Virus record (IMG/VR): IMGVR_UViG_3300034073_003340
Coordinates: 248,001 to 312,000 of that record
Strand: one strand, 5' to 3'
DNA: 64,000 nt
In this document: positions 51,650-61,017 of the stretch, in pieces
Layout: each line of letters starts with the position of its first letter
Numbering within the stretch: the stretch's first letter is position 1
Notes under the pieces: model-generated
The model's input: the letters and a program-made list of their open reading frames with translations, nothing else
Told to the model about the DNA's origin: nothing
The model's database searches: none
Made by a program: the position numbers and the translations under genes

Positions 51650-52505
51650 ATGAAAGGTTGAGAATACACCTTTTACAAAACGTCTTCGAGCATTATCCCT
51701 GGCTTCTGACCAGTTTTCTCTCGATTTCCACTAAGCGTAGCCGAAGCAGTCACTTAGTAACGTTCCAAAGCCGCCAACTTATAGACCGCTGGCATTAGCG
51801 GTGTCCTTACGGGCCTTTCGGTAGTGTCTAGTTACGCCTGGAATCGCTTCCAGTTAAGCGGCCGCTAAGCCACAACATACCCTCTTCTACCAACACTAGT
51901 AGACGTTTGCCCCTACCAGTGTCCCTGTTAGCTTGCGCCCAGGGAATTAGGCTTTTTCAGCCTCGTAAGCGAGTCAGGCTTTCATTTTTTGACAGCTATG
52001 TCTAAAACAGCTATGTTTAACCCATTGCGATGTGCTGACTCAGTAGCTTCAAAGGCTTTTGACCTCCAAAATACTACACACCACGTATCTTTCGCCTTGC
52101 GGGGCTACTTGATCAGTTTTCAAGAACTGTAACACACGGCTGAACCCGTATATTCCAATCCTATCAACTTGCCACTTGCCCTTGGCGCGACCCTCGGACT
52201 GTAGTGACTATCTCTTCCCACTTGGTACTGACCATATTTCGCTGGCGACGTTGGGGTGCGAAACCCATTATCGAGCCATCCGTTGGACCACTCGACGTAT
52301 ACCGCTTTCGCGGAACAGTCATCCTATGGCGTCCTACCTATCTCCGCAACCCGTAAAGGCCCGAAGAGCTATCTTTTGGATAGCAGGGTGAGACTTGCTT
52401 GTTATTGACCTATATTGCTATAGGCGAGACCTATTGGGTTTCAGCCCCTTTCCCTAAGTTGCCCCAGGTTATCTGCTACAAGCAGCAATCTCTAATCTCT
52501 TGAGC
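51650..52505 (-). ncRNA. Large structured ncRNA, GOLLD-like
   Basis: ~855 nt without a credible ORF, between a TTGACA-N17-TACTTT promoter and a terminator at 51620-51649; many GNRA-capped hairpins; GTGGTGTGTAGTATT..CAAAAG and GTGTATTCTCAACC segments recall GOLLD. Confidence 0.7.
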
Positions 52506-52659
52506 CTCTAAAGTAACACCAAAGCATCACCTTGTCAACAAAAAAGATTCGATCGTTACCAACATTTTGCTTTGCGTAGCTCTGCGCCGTGTTGGTCTCA
52601 CTCTTATATGTAGATTCAACAAAGGCGTCAACAACAAAAATGTGCTCTATGACATTTTC

Positions 52660-53790
52660 TTACGCGGCTATTCTTTCTTCAATTCTTTCAGAGAGTTCCA
52701 GAATGGCAGAACGCGCTTCCTCAACTGACATCTGAAACCATTCACCGTTTGGTCCACGCTTTTTAGCAAAAAACTTATGGATCACCTTTTCTGCAAGAGC
52801 TCGATCTAGAAAACCATGATAGAACGCGAATGAGAAGTCACTGTGAGGATTGTGGGTATTGAAAGCCACCAACCGTTGCTGCAGATCCATGGTCTGTCCG
52901 ATCTTCACCCATCCAGGAAACGTAGGTGACGTCACTACATATACAAAGCCACGCTTGTCACTGGATCTACTCTGCACCGTTCGCAGTTTGGGTTGAGCAT
53001 TGCGAAGAGCCTGTTGGAAGGCTTCCTGCTCGGCGACACGCACAGATTCCACTTGTTCTGTATTAGCGTCTTCGTGGGCTAATGAAGCTTTAAGGAAGGG
53101 CCCTACTTTATCCAACAGCGCGGCGCGTATATCAGCATCTGACGTTTTACCACTCTGATATAGTTTGACTATAAATTCTCGTCTGGCTTGGTTGCCTCCT
53201 AACGCTGAATTCAGTCGCTGTATGCTTCTACGACGACGCAGGTTATGTTCTATAACAAGGTTTCGCCAAGTTGCTTGAAAACGCCTCTGGAAACGTATGT
53301 AGGAAACATCCTCTATCTTTTCTTCTTTGTATTCTTGAGAACGAGCTTGGATTACCTTTTCAATCCATTCGGGAACTGACCTCCCGTAAGAAGCAAATAG
53401 ATCTCGAAACCGTTGCTGGCGATTGATCGCCCGTTCGTCGCGCACCTCTCTAGATAGGGGAACAATAGCAGTAGGACGTGATGCTAGAATCTGTCCTACT
53501 TCTAATATGAATTCTTTTCGAACGGCATCCAACACCGTCGGCGCTAGTAATTCACGCTCCCATAATAGAGGTTCACCTAGAAAACCATGATCAACGATCT
53601 TTGAGAACTGATACTTAGTTCCATAGTACATAAGGATATGATCATCAGCATCAGCTCGAGAAATTGTGCCCAGACCAAGATTCTTTCTGATACTGTTGTA
53701 AGTGTTGAAGCAAGAACGAAACTGTTTTTCACATATTGTCCAGCCACCGAATGGCACTACGGCTAACTCAGACTTGTTCTTTTTGCCCAC
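52660..53790 (-). CDS. Protein with C-terminal T5orf172/GIY-YIG domain
   Basis: GFVYVVTSPTFPGWVKIGQT..RL..FNT...AEKVIH...GEWF. Confidence 0.8.
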   Translation of the reverse strand: MGKKNKSELAVVPFGGWTICEKQFRSCFNTYNSIRKNLGLGTISRADADDHILMYYGTKYQFSKIVDHGFLGEPLLWERELLAPTVLDAVRKEFILEVGQILASRPTAIVPLSREVRDERAINRQQRFRDLFASYGRSVPEWIEKVIQARSQEYKEEKIEDVSYIRFQRRFQATWRNLVIEHNLRRRRSIQRLNSALGGNQARREFIVKLYQSGKTSDADIRAALLDKVGPFLKASLAHEDANTEQVESVRVAEQEAFQQALRNAQPKLRTVQSRSSDKRGFVYVVTSPTFPGWVKIGQTMDLQQRLVAFNTHNPHSDFSFAFYHGFLDRALAEKVIHKFFAKKRGPNGEWFQMSVEEARSAILELSERIEERIAA

Positions 53791-54490
53791 GGCTAAACTC
53801 CTTTGTTAGGAGTTTAGCATCAACTAAAAAGACATCAATCAGGAAGAACTAAGGGCCCTACTAGCTGTTAGCAGATAGTAACCTAGAGGAATTTCGTCGT
53901 GAGCAGTGGTAAAAGAGAGTCGACCCGTGGGGATTGACCATCGATTTGAAACTCAACCTGCCGTGATTTCTCTCACTGCCACACAGATAGGTTTAGGGCT
54001 CCAAACGCCCTAAAGCCTTTGGAGCCCAACCAATAACAAAGACCTAAATCTTTGTTATGGTTTCCTTGCTGGGTTCTAGAGCCGACCCGAAGGCTAAGCT
54101 CAATAGTCCATACTTGGAATCGGTTTAGGGATCCTGATCTGTTTGACCATTTCAGGATCCCAACCAACACAGACATTTCTATCTGTGTGGTTTTTGTGAA
54201 GTGTTCTACTGTTTCTTTGAAATTAACCGAAGTCAACTCCAGGGAGTTCAATAGCTCTTTCACAAAACTCGGGTTTAGACCAGCTGGGTATTAGTCGAAA
54301 CTAATGGCACCAGCTGGTCAACCAACATGAACCGAAATCCATATGGTATCAGGAGTGTTCTGCGTCTTTACAATCTACTATCTACCAAAGCATCTAGTAA
54401 ATTGTTAAGTGCGTCTGCGCTTCCGATATCTCTTATCTATGCGCAATCGATCGTCCACGCAAGAATTTTTACAGGAATGTTACGGTTTTG

Positions 54491-54511
54491 TGTGGATAAG
54501 ACTGTGGATAA
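54491..54511 (-). promoter_or_regulatory. Two tandem perfect DnaA boxes
   Basis: TGTGGATAA at 54491-54499 and 54503-54511 (TTATCCACA on the minus strand). Confidence 0.55.
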
Positions 54512-54512
54512 C

Positions 54513-55222
54513 TCAGGCAGTCGCAAAAACCCAGCCGGTCTTGCTGGCGTTTTCAACCAAAGTATCCATGAACCGCGCTGCCACCACGATATCGTCTCCA
54601 AAACATGGCCAATCTGCCTGGCAATAGTTGTTGGCAACAGCATCCATGAGATAGTCGCGTTCATAAGTGTCAAGCGTTCCATCGCTCACATCACCCGGAT
54701 AGTAGGCTTTGAGACATCTTACCAACGTGGGCGATGTCATGACAATGGCTGCTAGGATTGCTTTGTTGGGAGCAATCATACCGCGTTCACGGAGAGTATT
54801 GTCGCAGATATCAATCTGCGCCGCAGTAAGGGTGGCCAGCCTGGGCATCAGAGGGCTCCTTCCTTGGGAACCCTGAATGTGATTTCCAGTCTCGAGCTAG
54901 GCTCCCGGTCATAGGGCTCGTGGTAGGCCTCGCTGTCGATGTAATCGATTACCGCGGTTCCTCCCTCGAGGAGAAACTCAATATCTACTAGCTGCCGAAT
55001 AGCCTCGCCGTTGAGATTACCAGTAAAAATTACCAGCGACCGTTCGGAAACCTTCACACCACTGATGTAGAAATCCAGCGTTTCAGAAACATAACGGAAC
55101 TGCGCAGTCGCAATATCACGAGGCGTCCGTTCAGAGAAATAAAGAGTAGCAGGGTTTTCTGCCATTCTGGCCAACCAAGCATCGAGCCATTCAATGGTAG
55201 CCAACTTCATATCGATCTGCAT
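54513..55222 (-). other. Two coupled hypothetical CDS (54848-55222, 54513-54848)
   Basis: Early promoter ~55245-55277, AGGAGG RBS, TGATG coupling. Confidence 0.6.
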
Positions 55223-55295
55223 TGAGCACCTCCTATCTTGCCACCAGATATAGCACCAGGTTTTTAGGCGTCAACCGTTTAGGTGAATAAATTCA

Positions 55296-56324
55296 TTACC
55301 ACTTACATGCGGTCTTCCATCTTGGATCTGAGTAAATCCCCAGAAGGTCATCTTTGAAAGCTGTGAACTCTCTTAGAGACACCAATTGGATTCCTTGGTC
55401 CTTGGAAGGAAAGAGGCGACGGTATACGAGATTTTCGGATATCTTTAGGACATGATGATGCTTTTTGGCAAAGCTTTGGATCTGATTATATGCCCATTGC
55501 TGGTCTGGTCGAAAAAGTTCTTCGGGGATCCATGTCGCCATTTGAAGGGTAACATGACCTTCAACCCCGTCCATGACGTCAGAAAGAGAACTCTTATGGG
55601 GTATGGATTGGATGCCGCCGTGTGTGATCGAATTGAAAAAGCGAATAGATTGTTGATTCCAACCTTCTTCAGAGATACAATATTTGGTAAACCCTATCTT
55701 GCCAAGGATTGCGCCTCCGCTAAACGGTATGATAACGTTCGAGCCTTTGAACTTGGAAAAATACTTTCCGCTTATCATGAATAGAGTTGCGTATTTCCCC
55801 CAGTCTGAAATGCTGTTAGTCAGTAGAGCAATGGGGTCCCTGCCGACTGCGCCTCTTTGAAGCATCCTGTAAAGGGTATGCTGATTGACGATGATATGAG
55901 AGGAGATCACGTCAACATAAAGCTTGCGCTTGCCGATCGCATAATTGATATTGTGTAGCTCAAGAAACTTTTCAAAACGTTCTTCTTGGGATGCCAGTTT
56001 GTCAATACAAGCCATCTCCTTGAAGTCCCAGACAAACTGACTGCTAACATCTAGCACTGGGCCGTTGTCTTCCATGCGACTACGATTTAAAATATGGTTG
56101 AAGGATCCTAGTCTAGACTTGATCTGATTGCTTACCTGGTTTTTGACCTTCTTGAGCTTGACATCTGAGAGGCTAGTATGCCCAGAATAGAAATTCTTGT
56201 CACCGGCCCAGAATATATCCAAGATAGTATCTATCAAGGCCCCTTCTGTTCTCGGTTTCACTAGGCGGCGGATCTCGTCTTTTACAAGACCCCAAGCCAG
56301 CTTGTCATAGTCTTGATCCAACAT
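55296..56324 (-). CDS. Hypothetical protein
   Basis: 342-aa ORF with AGGAGA RBS. Confidence 0.65.
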   Translation of the reverse strand: MLDQDYDKLAWGLVKDEIRRLVKPRTEGALIDTILDIFWAGDKNFYSGHTSLSDVKLKKVKNQVSNQIKSRLGSFNHILNRSRMEDNGPVLDVSSQFVWDFKEMACIDKLASQEERFEKFLELHNINYAIGKRKLYVDVISSHIIVNQHTLYRMLQRGAVGRDPIALLTNSISDWGKYATLFMISGKYFSKFKGSNVIIPFSGGAILGKIGFTKYCISEEGWNQQSIRFFNSITHGGIQSIPHKSSLSDVMDGVEGHVTLQMATWIPEELFRPDQQWAYNQIQSFAKKHHHVLKISENLVYRRLFPSKDQGIQLVSLREFTAFKDDLLGIYSDPRWKTACKW

Positions 56325-56912
56325 TGATCGATCTCCTCAATCTGATCAATAACATGGACTATGTCTTTGTCAATCAGAACAAATAGACAACTAAGGAACC
56401 TTCCCAAGCTGGATATCAATCCATGCCAATTTGGCCAACATTGCTGATTGTTCGTTTGGGAGGAGGGCCTGTAGCTTTGTTTTCTTTTCTCCAAACCCCC
56501 TATCTGAAACCATATGCGAAGCCAACCATGATAGATTTCGCGCTATAATTTCTCTGGATTGTTCAGGGGTAAGCCCAGTCTCGGCATCATTGCCTACCAA
56601 AACCCAACCAGACGCATGATTATTAAGCCATTCATAAAGAAAAGGCAACTCCTTGCGGGCTACGGTGATTTTGGCCGGTATTTTCATATGATTCAGGTTA
56701 CTGGATTTTGAAGAAAAATCAACCAGAAACAACAAGACCCGGTGGAAACCACCGGGTCTTGTCTAGGGACTTTCACCCCATGCGCTCGACCGTCTGTGCT
56801 CTGAGCCGGCGAACCGGTTATCCAAGGGATGGAAGAGCACATCTCATTCCCTTTTATCTACCGAGGTCAACCTATGTCGAGAGGTTGATTTAACTCGATA
56901 GCGACTTCTAAG

Positions 56913-56987
56913 CATCGGGGGATGGGCTCGAACCACCGCCGACCGCAGCTTCACGCCGCAGCGCTCTACCAACTGAGCTACCCCGAT
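56913..56987 (-). tRNA. tRNA-like RNA with abnormal anticodon arm, no encoded CCA
   Basis: ATCGGGG/CCCCGAT acceptor, canonical D arm and T arm; CTGCGGC-GTGAA-GCTGCGG arm. Confidence 0.65.
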
Positions 56988-57096
56988 ATAAGGGGTGGAG
57001 ACTTGCCGGTCTCCACCCCTAGGAGGTGCGTCGCTAGGCTTGCACCGCCTCTGTCACAATGGCTACAATAACTCATAGCCAATGTCAACAGATATT

Positions 57097-57810
57097 TTAG
57101 TCGTCCGACTTGATTCCCACAAAACGTAGGATAAAGAGGAACATATTCAGGAAGTCGAGGTAGAGGTTCAAGGCCCCCATGACCACGATGCGACCCTGTG
57201 TGTCACCGCTCATGCTGGGATCGTAGGCGTCCTTGAGACTCTGCGTATCCCAGGCAGTCAGACCAGCGAAGATCAAAATACCCGCAATACCAATGAACAG
57301 ATTCAAGCCGCTGCTGGGAATGAAAATATTCAAGATCATGAGAGCAATCAGACCAAACAAAGCAAATACCAGAAATGCTCCAATTGGTCCTAGATCACGC
57401 TTGGTGGTGTAGCCGTAGAGGCTACACCCTGCAAAGCCAACCGCACTAGCAAGAAAAGCCATGAGGATAGATCCTCCTGTGTATCGGCTCAAAATCACCG
57501 AAAGTCCCAACCCTTCGAGGACCACAAAGGTCCAATACAAAGTGTGGAGAGTTGTCAGCTTCATGCGCTCAACACCCAGACTCATCGCCAGCACAAGACC
57601 CAACGGGGACAATGCCACCAGCCAGAACAGGAGACCACCCTGCTTTAAAATCTCCAACATGCCACTCGCAGTAGCAAACCATGCTGCGCCTGCGCTGACC
57701 AAGAGACCCATAAGCATCATGTTATAGATGCCCGTCATATAGTTGCGAAGTCCCTGGTCATAGGACACGCTTCGTGAAATTTCCATGTGATCATTCTCCC
57801 TAGGGTTCAC
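57097..57810 (-). CDS. Bax inhibitor-1/YccA family membrane protein
   Basis: DQGLRNYM, YGYTTKRDL, AGLTAWDTQ, GALNLYLDFLNMFLFILR. Confidence 0.93.
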   Translation of the reverse strand: MNPRENDHMEISRSVSYDQGLRNYMTGIYNMMLMGLLVSAGAAWFATASGMLEILKQGGLLFWLVALSPLGLVLAMSLGVERMKLTTLHTLYWTFVVLEGLGLSVILSRYTGGSILMAFLASAVGFAGCSLYGYTTKRDLGPIGAFLVFALFGLIALMILNIFIPSSGLNLFIGIAGILIFAGLTAWDTQSLKDAYDPSMSGDTQGRIVVMGALNLYLDFLNMFLFILRFVGIKSDD

Positions 57811-57846
57811 AGATCCAGTATAATGGAGGAATACCCAAAGGTCAAC

Positions 57847-59043
57847 TTACTTGATGAGACTCTGAATCTCCATGAGCAGGAGAGCTGGCGTAATCTCTTC
57901 AGCATGTTGTTTTCCTAGGCGTCGTAATGAAACCACGCCTTTTTCAACATCACGTTGACCAATCACTACGATCCAGTTGCGCTTCATCTCACTATGTTCT
58001 TTTATCTTTTGTTTTAGATTCTCATCTCGGTCGTCGTAAATCACGCGAGCACCTTGGACCTGTGCCAAATCTCTAAAGGCCTCTGATGCTTTTTCTCCGC
58101 CTGGTAACGGTATCACCACTACATTCTCAGGTGAAAGCCAGAACGGCAGATTGCCTTCATAGTTTTCAAGCAATATACCAATAAAGCGTTCAAAAGAGCC
58201 GAGAATAGCGCGATGTAACATAACAGGTCGCTGACGACTACCATCTGCGGCCACATATTCAGCCTCTAGGCGTTCTGGTAATACCATATCCAATTGGATC
58301 GTGCCGCATTGCCATTGACGTCCTTTGAGATCCTTGAGAGCAAATTCTAGTTTGGGACCGTAGAATGCCCCTTCGCCTTTCTGAATGACAAAGTCCAGGC
58401 CAGCAGCTTTGACAGCTTCTGAAAGATCGTGCTCTGCTTTGTTCCAGTCTTCTTCGGAACCAGCTCGCACCGCTGGGCGGGTCGATAGGCCGACCACAAC
58501 ATCAGAGAACCCAAAGTCATTATACACCTCCTTTAGCAAGAGGATGAAAGACTTTACCTCATCAACTACCTGCTCAGGCGCGCAAAATATATGCGCATCG
58601 TCTTGCGTAAACTGTCGAACTCTCATGATTCCATGTAGAGCGCCACTTGGTTCACTGCGATGACAACAGCCAAACTCTGCCAAGCGAATTGGAAGTTGTC
58701 TATATGAAACTACACCACTGTTGAATATCTGGACATGACCAGGACAGTTCATTGGCTTAATCGCAAACTGCCTTTGGTCATCATCTAGAACATACATATG
58801 ATCTTGGAACTTCTCCCAATGACCAGACTTCTCCCATAGGGATTTATCAACCAGCTGCGGCGTCTTGACCTCTTGGTAGCCATCACGTCTGAGTTTTGAT
58901 CGTATATACTCTTCAATAATCCTGAAGAGTTCATAGCCCCGAGGATGCCAAAATACTGACCCCGCGGCATCATCCTGGAGATGAAAAAGTTTGAGGTCAC
59001 GACCAAGACGACGATGGTCGGAATTAGAAAGTTGAATATCCAT
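57847..59043 (-). CDS. thrS: Threonyl-tRNA synthetase lacking N-terminal TGS/editing domains
   Basis: DHRRLG, KPMNCPGH, MRVRQFTQDDAH, GAFYGPK, QCGTIQLD, HRAILGSFERF; 398 aa. Confidence 0.97.
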   Translation of the reverse strand: MDIQLSNSDHRRLGRDLKLFHLQDDAAGSVFWHPRGYELFRIIEEYIRSKLRRDGYQEVKTPQLVDKSLWEKSGHWEKFQDHMYVLDDDQRQFAIKPMNCPGHVQIFNSGVVSYRQLPIRLAEFGCCHRSEPSGALHGIMRVRQFTQDDAHIFCAPEQVVDEVKSFILLLKEVYNDFGFSDVVVGLSTRPAVRAGSEEDWNKAEHDLSEAVKAAGLDFVIQKGEGAFYGPKLEFALKDLKGRQWQCGTIQLDMVLPERLEAEYVAADGSRQRPVMLHRAILGSFERFIGILLENYEGNLPFWLSPENVVVIPLPGGEKASEAFRDLAQVQGARVIYDDRDENLKQKIKEHSEMKRNWIVVIGQRDVEKGVVSLRRLGKQHAEEITPALLLMEIQSLIK

Positions 59044-59929
59044 AAAACACCACTAGAATTTGAAACAAGGAAATAATCACAAAAGCCAAGGGTTATCAGT
59101 CCTTGGCGGTGGTAGTCGATGTTTCTGTGGTGATTGGATTAGCTTGAACTAGCTTTTTGAGATGGTTGATGATAACACCGTCCATACTACCAATGCGGCC
59201 CAAAGCGCGATATTCGTCGAACTTGCTATCAAGCCACGACTGAACTTCGGCATCAGTAAGAGGAAAGGCGAGGGTGTTACGCATCGTGACCTATTTATAA
59301 CTTATTAAGGCCAAGGACAAGAATAAAAATCCAACTAGCATAGATCCAGTTGTTCCATTTGATTCTCTGTTGGATTTTGTGCCAATCTCTTAGAGAGTTT
59401 TGACATCGAGTAGCATGGTCTGGATTAGGCCCAGTGACCACATTTAGCTTACCGTTTTTGTCCACCCAGCAACGGAAACTTGGTCTTCCAAAATGTTTAC
59501 GAGAATTCCAGATACGTGCGTTTTGGGCGTCTCTATCCGTCACTATGTTGGCTATAATTCGCAAAGTAAAATAGGCTATCAACCAGATGGCACTACATTG
59601 CCACATCACTTCTATGGTGGCATTCTCAAACCACAAAATCCCCCAGATCAGAGGAAGAAAGAGTATACCGCCCATTAGTTCAGACGCCGCGCGGCTGTTT
59701 CACAGGCAGAAACCACCTCATCGTTATTGTAACCTGGACGGTTGCTTGCTCGTTCCAAACAAGCCAGGAATAACTCTCGACGCGCAACATCTTTTCTAGC
59801 CCGTTGAACAGCGGTTTCAGGGCTAACAGGGCTACAGGCCGAAATCAAGCCAATACAGCAAGCGATGTGAATAGCAGTTTTCATTGCCTATACCTACATG
59901 ATAGAGGCAAACTTTACAATAATGAAAGT

Positions 59930-60065
59930 TGCGACGGGCAAAGTGGCGTCTATGGGGGTTGCCTGTTGCTCTACCAACTGAGCTATTTTGCCGTTTTAGC
60001 AGCAAAAGTAGGATTCGAACCTACGGCCTTCTGGTTTGATAATCCACAAACTACGGCCCGTCGCA
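59930..60065 (-). ncRNA. Circularly permuted tRNA mimic, YrlA/Y RNA-like (copy 1)
   Basis: Terminal stem GCGACGGGC/GCCCGTCGC; T arm precedes a loop-closed acceptor stem, then the D arm AGCTCAGTTGGTAGAGC. Confidence 0.8.
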
Positions 60066-60102
60066 TCTTCGTTATGGCGTAATTACGCCATAGGATCAAG
60101 TA

Positions 60103-60282
60103 TCAAATACCTGCGCTTCTTAGAAGACCAGAATGCTGTAGAAAATATAGCAAAGCTACCAATGCCACAATCACCTTGAGAATCTGATTAAGAGGTCTCG
60201 GAAGCGTCATCATGTCAATTACTAGGATGATGACATAGACGATGAGAGCTAGGAATAGCAGACTGATTAGAGCTGATACCAT
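60103..60282 (-). CDS. Small 2-TM membrane protein
   Basis: AGGAGA RBS; two hydrophobic helices separated by LPRP. Confidence 0.65.
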   Translation of the reverse strand: MVSALISLLFLALIVYVIILVIDMMTLPRPLNQILKVIVALVALLYFLQHSGLLRSAGI

Positions 60283-60344
60283 GAGTATTCTCCTTAGTTG
60301 GTATGAAACCATTATACTAAGGGGAATACTCAGAGTCACTAACT

Positions 60345-60421
60345 TGGTGGGCATAGTGGGATTCGAACCCACACTGTGAGGATTTTAAGTCCCCTGACTC
60401 TACCGATTGGCCTATATGCCC
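60345..60421 (-). tRNA. tRNA-Leu(UAA) with short variable loop
   Basis: GGGGA-CTTAAAA-TCCTC; 77 nt; CCA encoded. Confidence 0.85.
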
Positions 60422-60466
60422 AACGCCAAACTCTCTTATAGCGTAAAAGAGCTTGGATCAACTATT

Positions 60467-60979
60467 TTAGTTATCAGATTCAGATTCGTCCACAGCTTTC
60501 TGGATAATGTCACACAAGAGCTGATTGAATGTGATATCACGTTCATGCGCCAACTTAAACAAAACCAAGAGCTGATCATCGTCCAAATCCAGAGGGATAA
60601 TAACCCTTGGATCGAATTTTTCGTTTGCCAGCATCGCGACACCTTTTTCCAAGATGTCATCGACTACTTCTAGATCAATGTAGTCAAGACCCTCATATGC
60701 TTCACTGCGATTGACTCCACGCTTGGTAGCTTCTGCCATAATGGCATCGCGGTAATCAGGATTGATCCAACGATAAGCTGCCTGCTCGTTCGCATCCAGA
60801 CCACTAGCAACTGTGATCTCGATCACGGTCTGGTCTTCGCGCTTGAACGCAACACTCATTGTGGCGAATTCGTTATCACATCCAAGGACCTGTGCGCCTT
60901 CATATGAAGACCACTGGTGCTCCCATGCGTCGTTGATACGATACTGGATTGCGTCTAAAAACTGTTGGAGAATGTTCAT
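60467..60979 (-). CDS. Hypothetical protein, possible C-terminal RHH
   Basis: LFKLAHERDITFNQLL. Confidence 0.55.
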   Translation of the reverse strand: MNILQQFLDAIQYRINDAWEHQWSSYEGAQVLGCDNEFATMSVAFKREDQTVIEITVASGLDANEQAAYRWINPDYRDAIMAEATKRGVNRSEAYEGLDYIDLEVVDDILEKGVAMLANEKFDPRVIIPLDLDDDQLLVLFKLAHERDITFNQLLCDIIQKAVDESESDN

Positions 60980-61017
60980 GTTAGATCTCACATCTGGGGG
61001 TTCCGATCTAATCATCT

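Noticed and set aside
1785-55280. Recurring GTCAACCAG motif as a CRISPR or attC-like repeat
   Set aside because: Irregular spacing, always upstream of minus-strand genes with a -10 box 17 nt away; explained as promoters, and no cas or integrase gene is present
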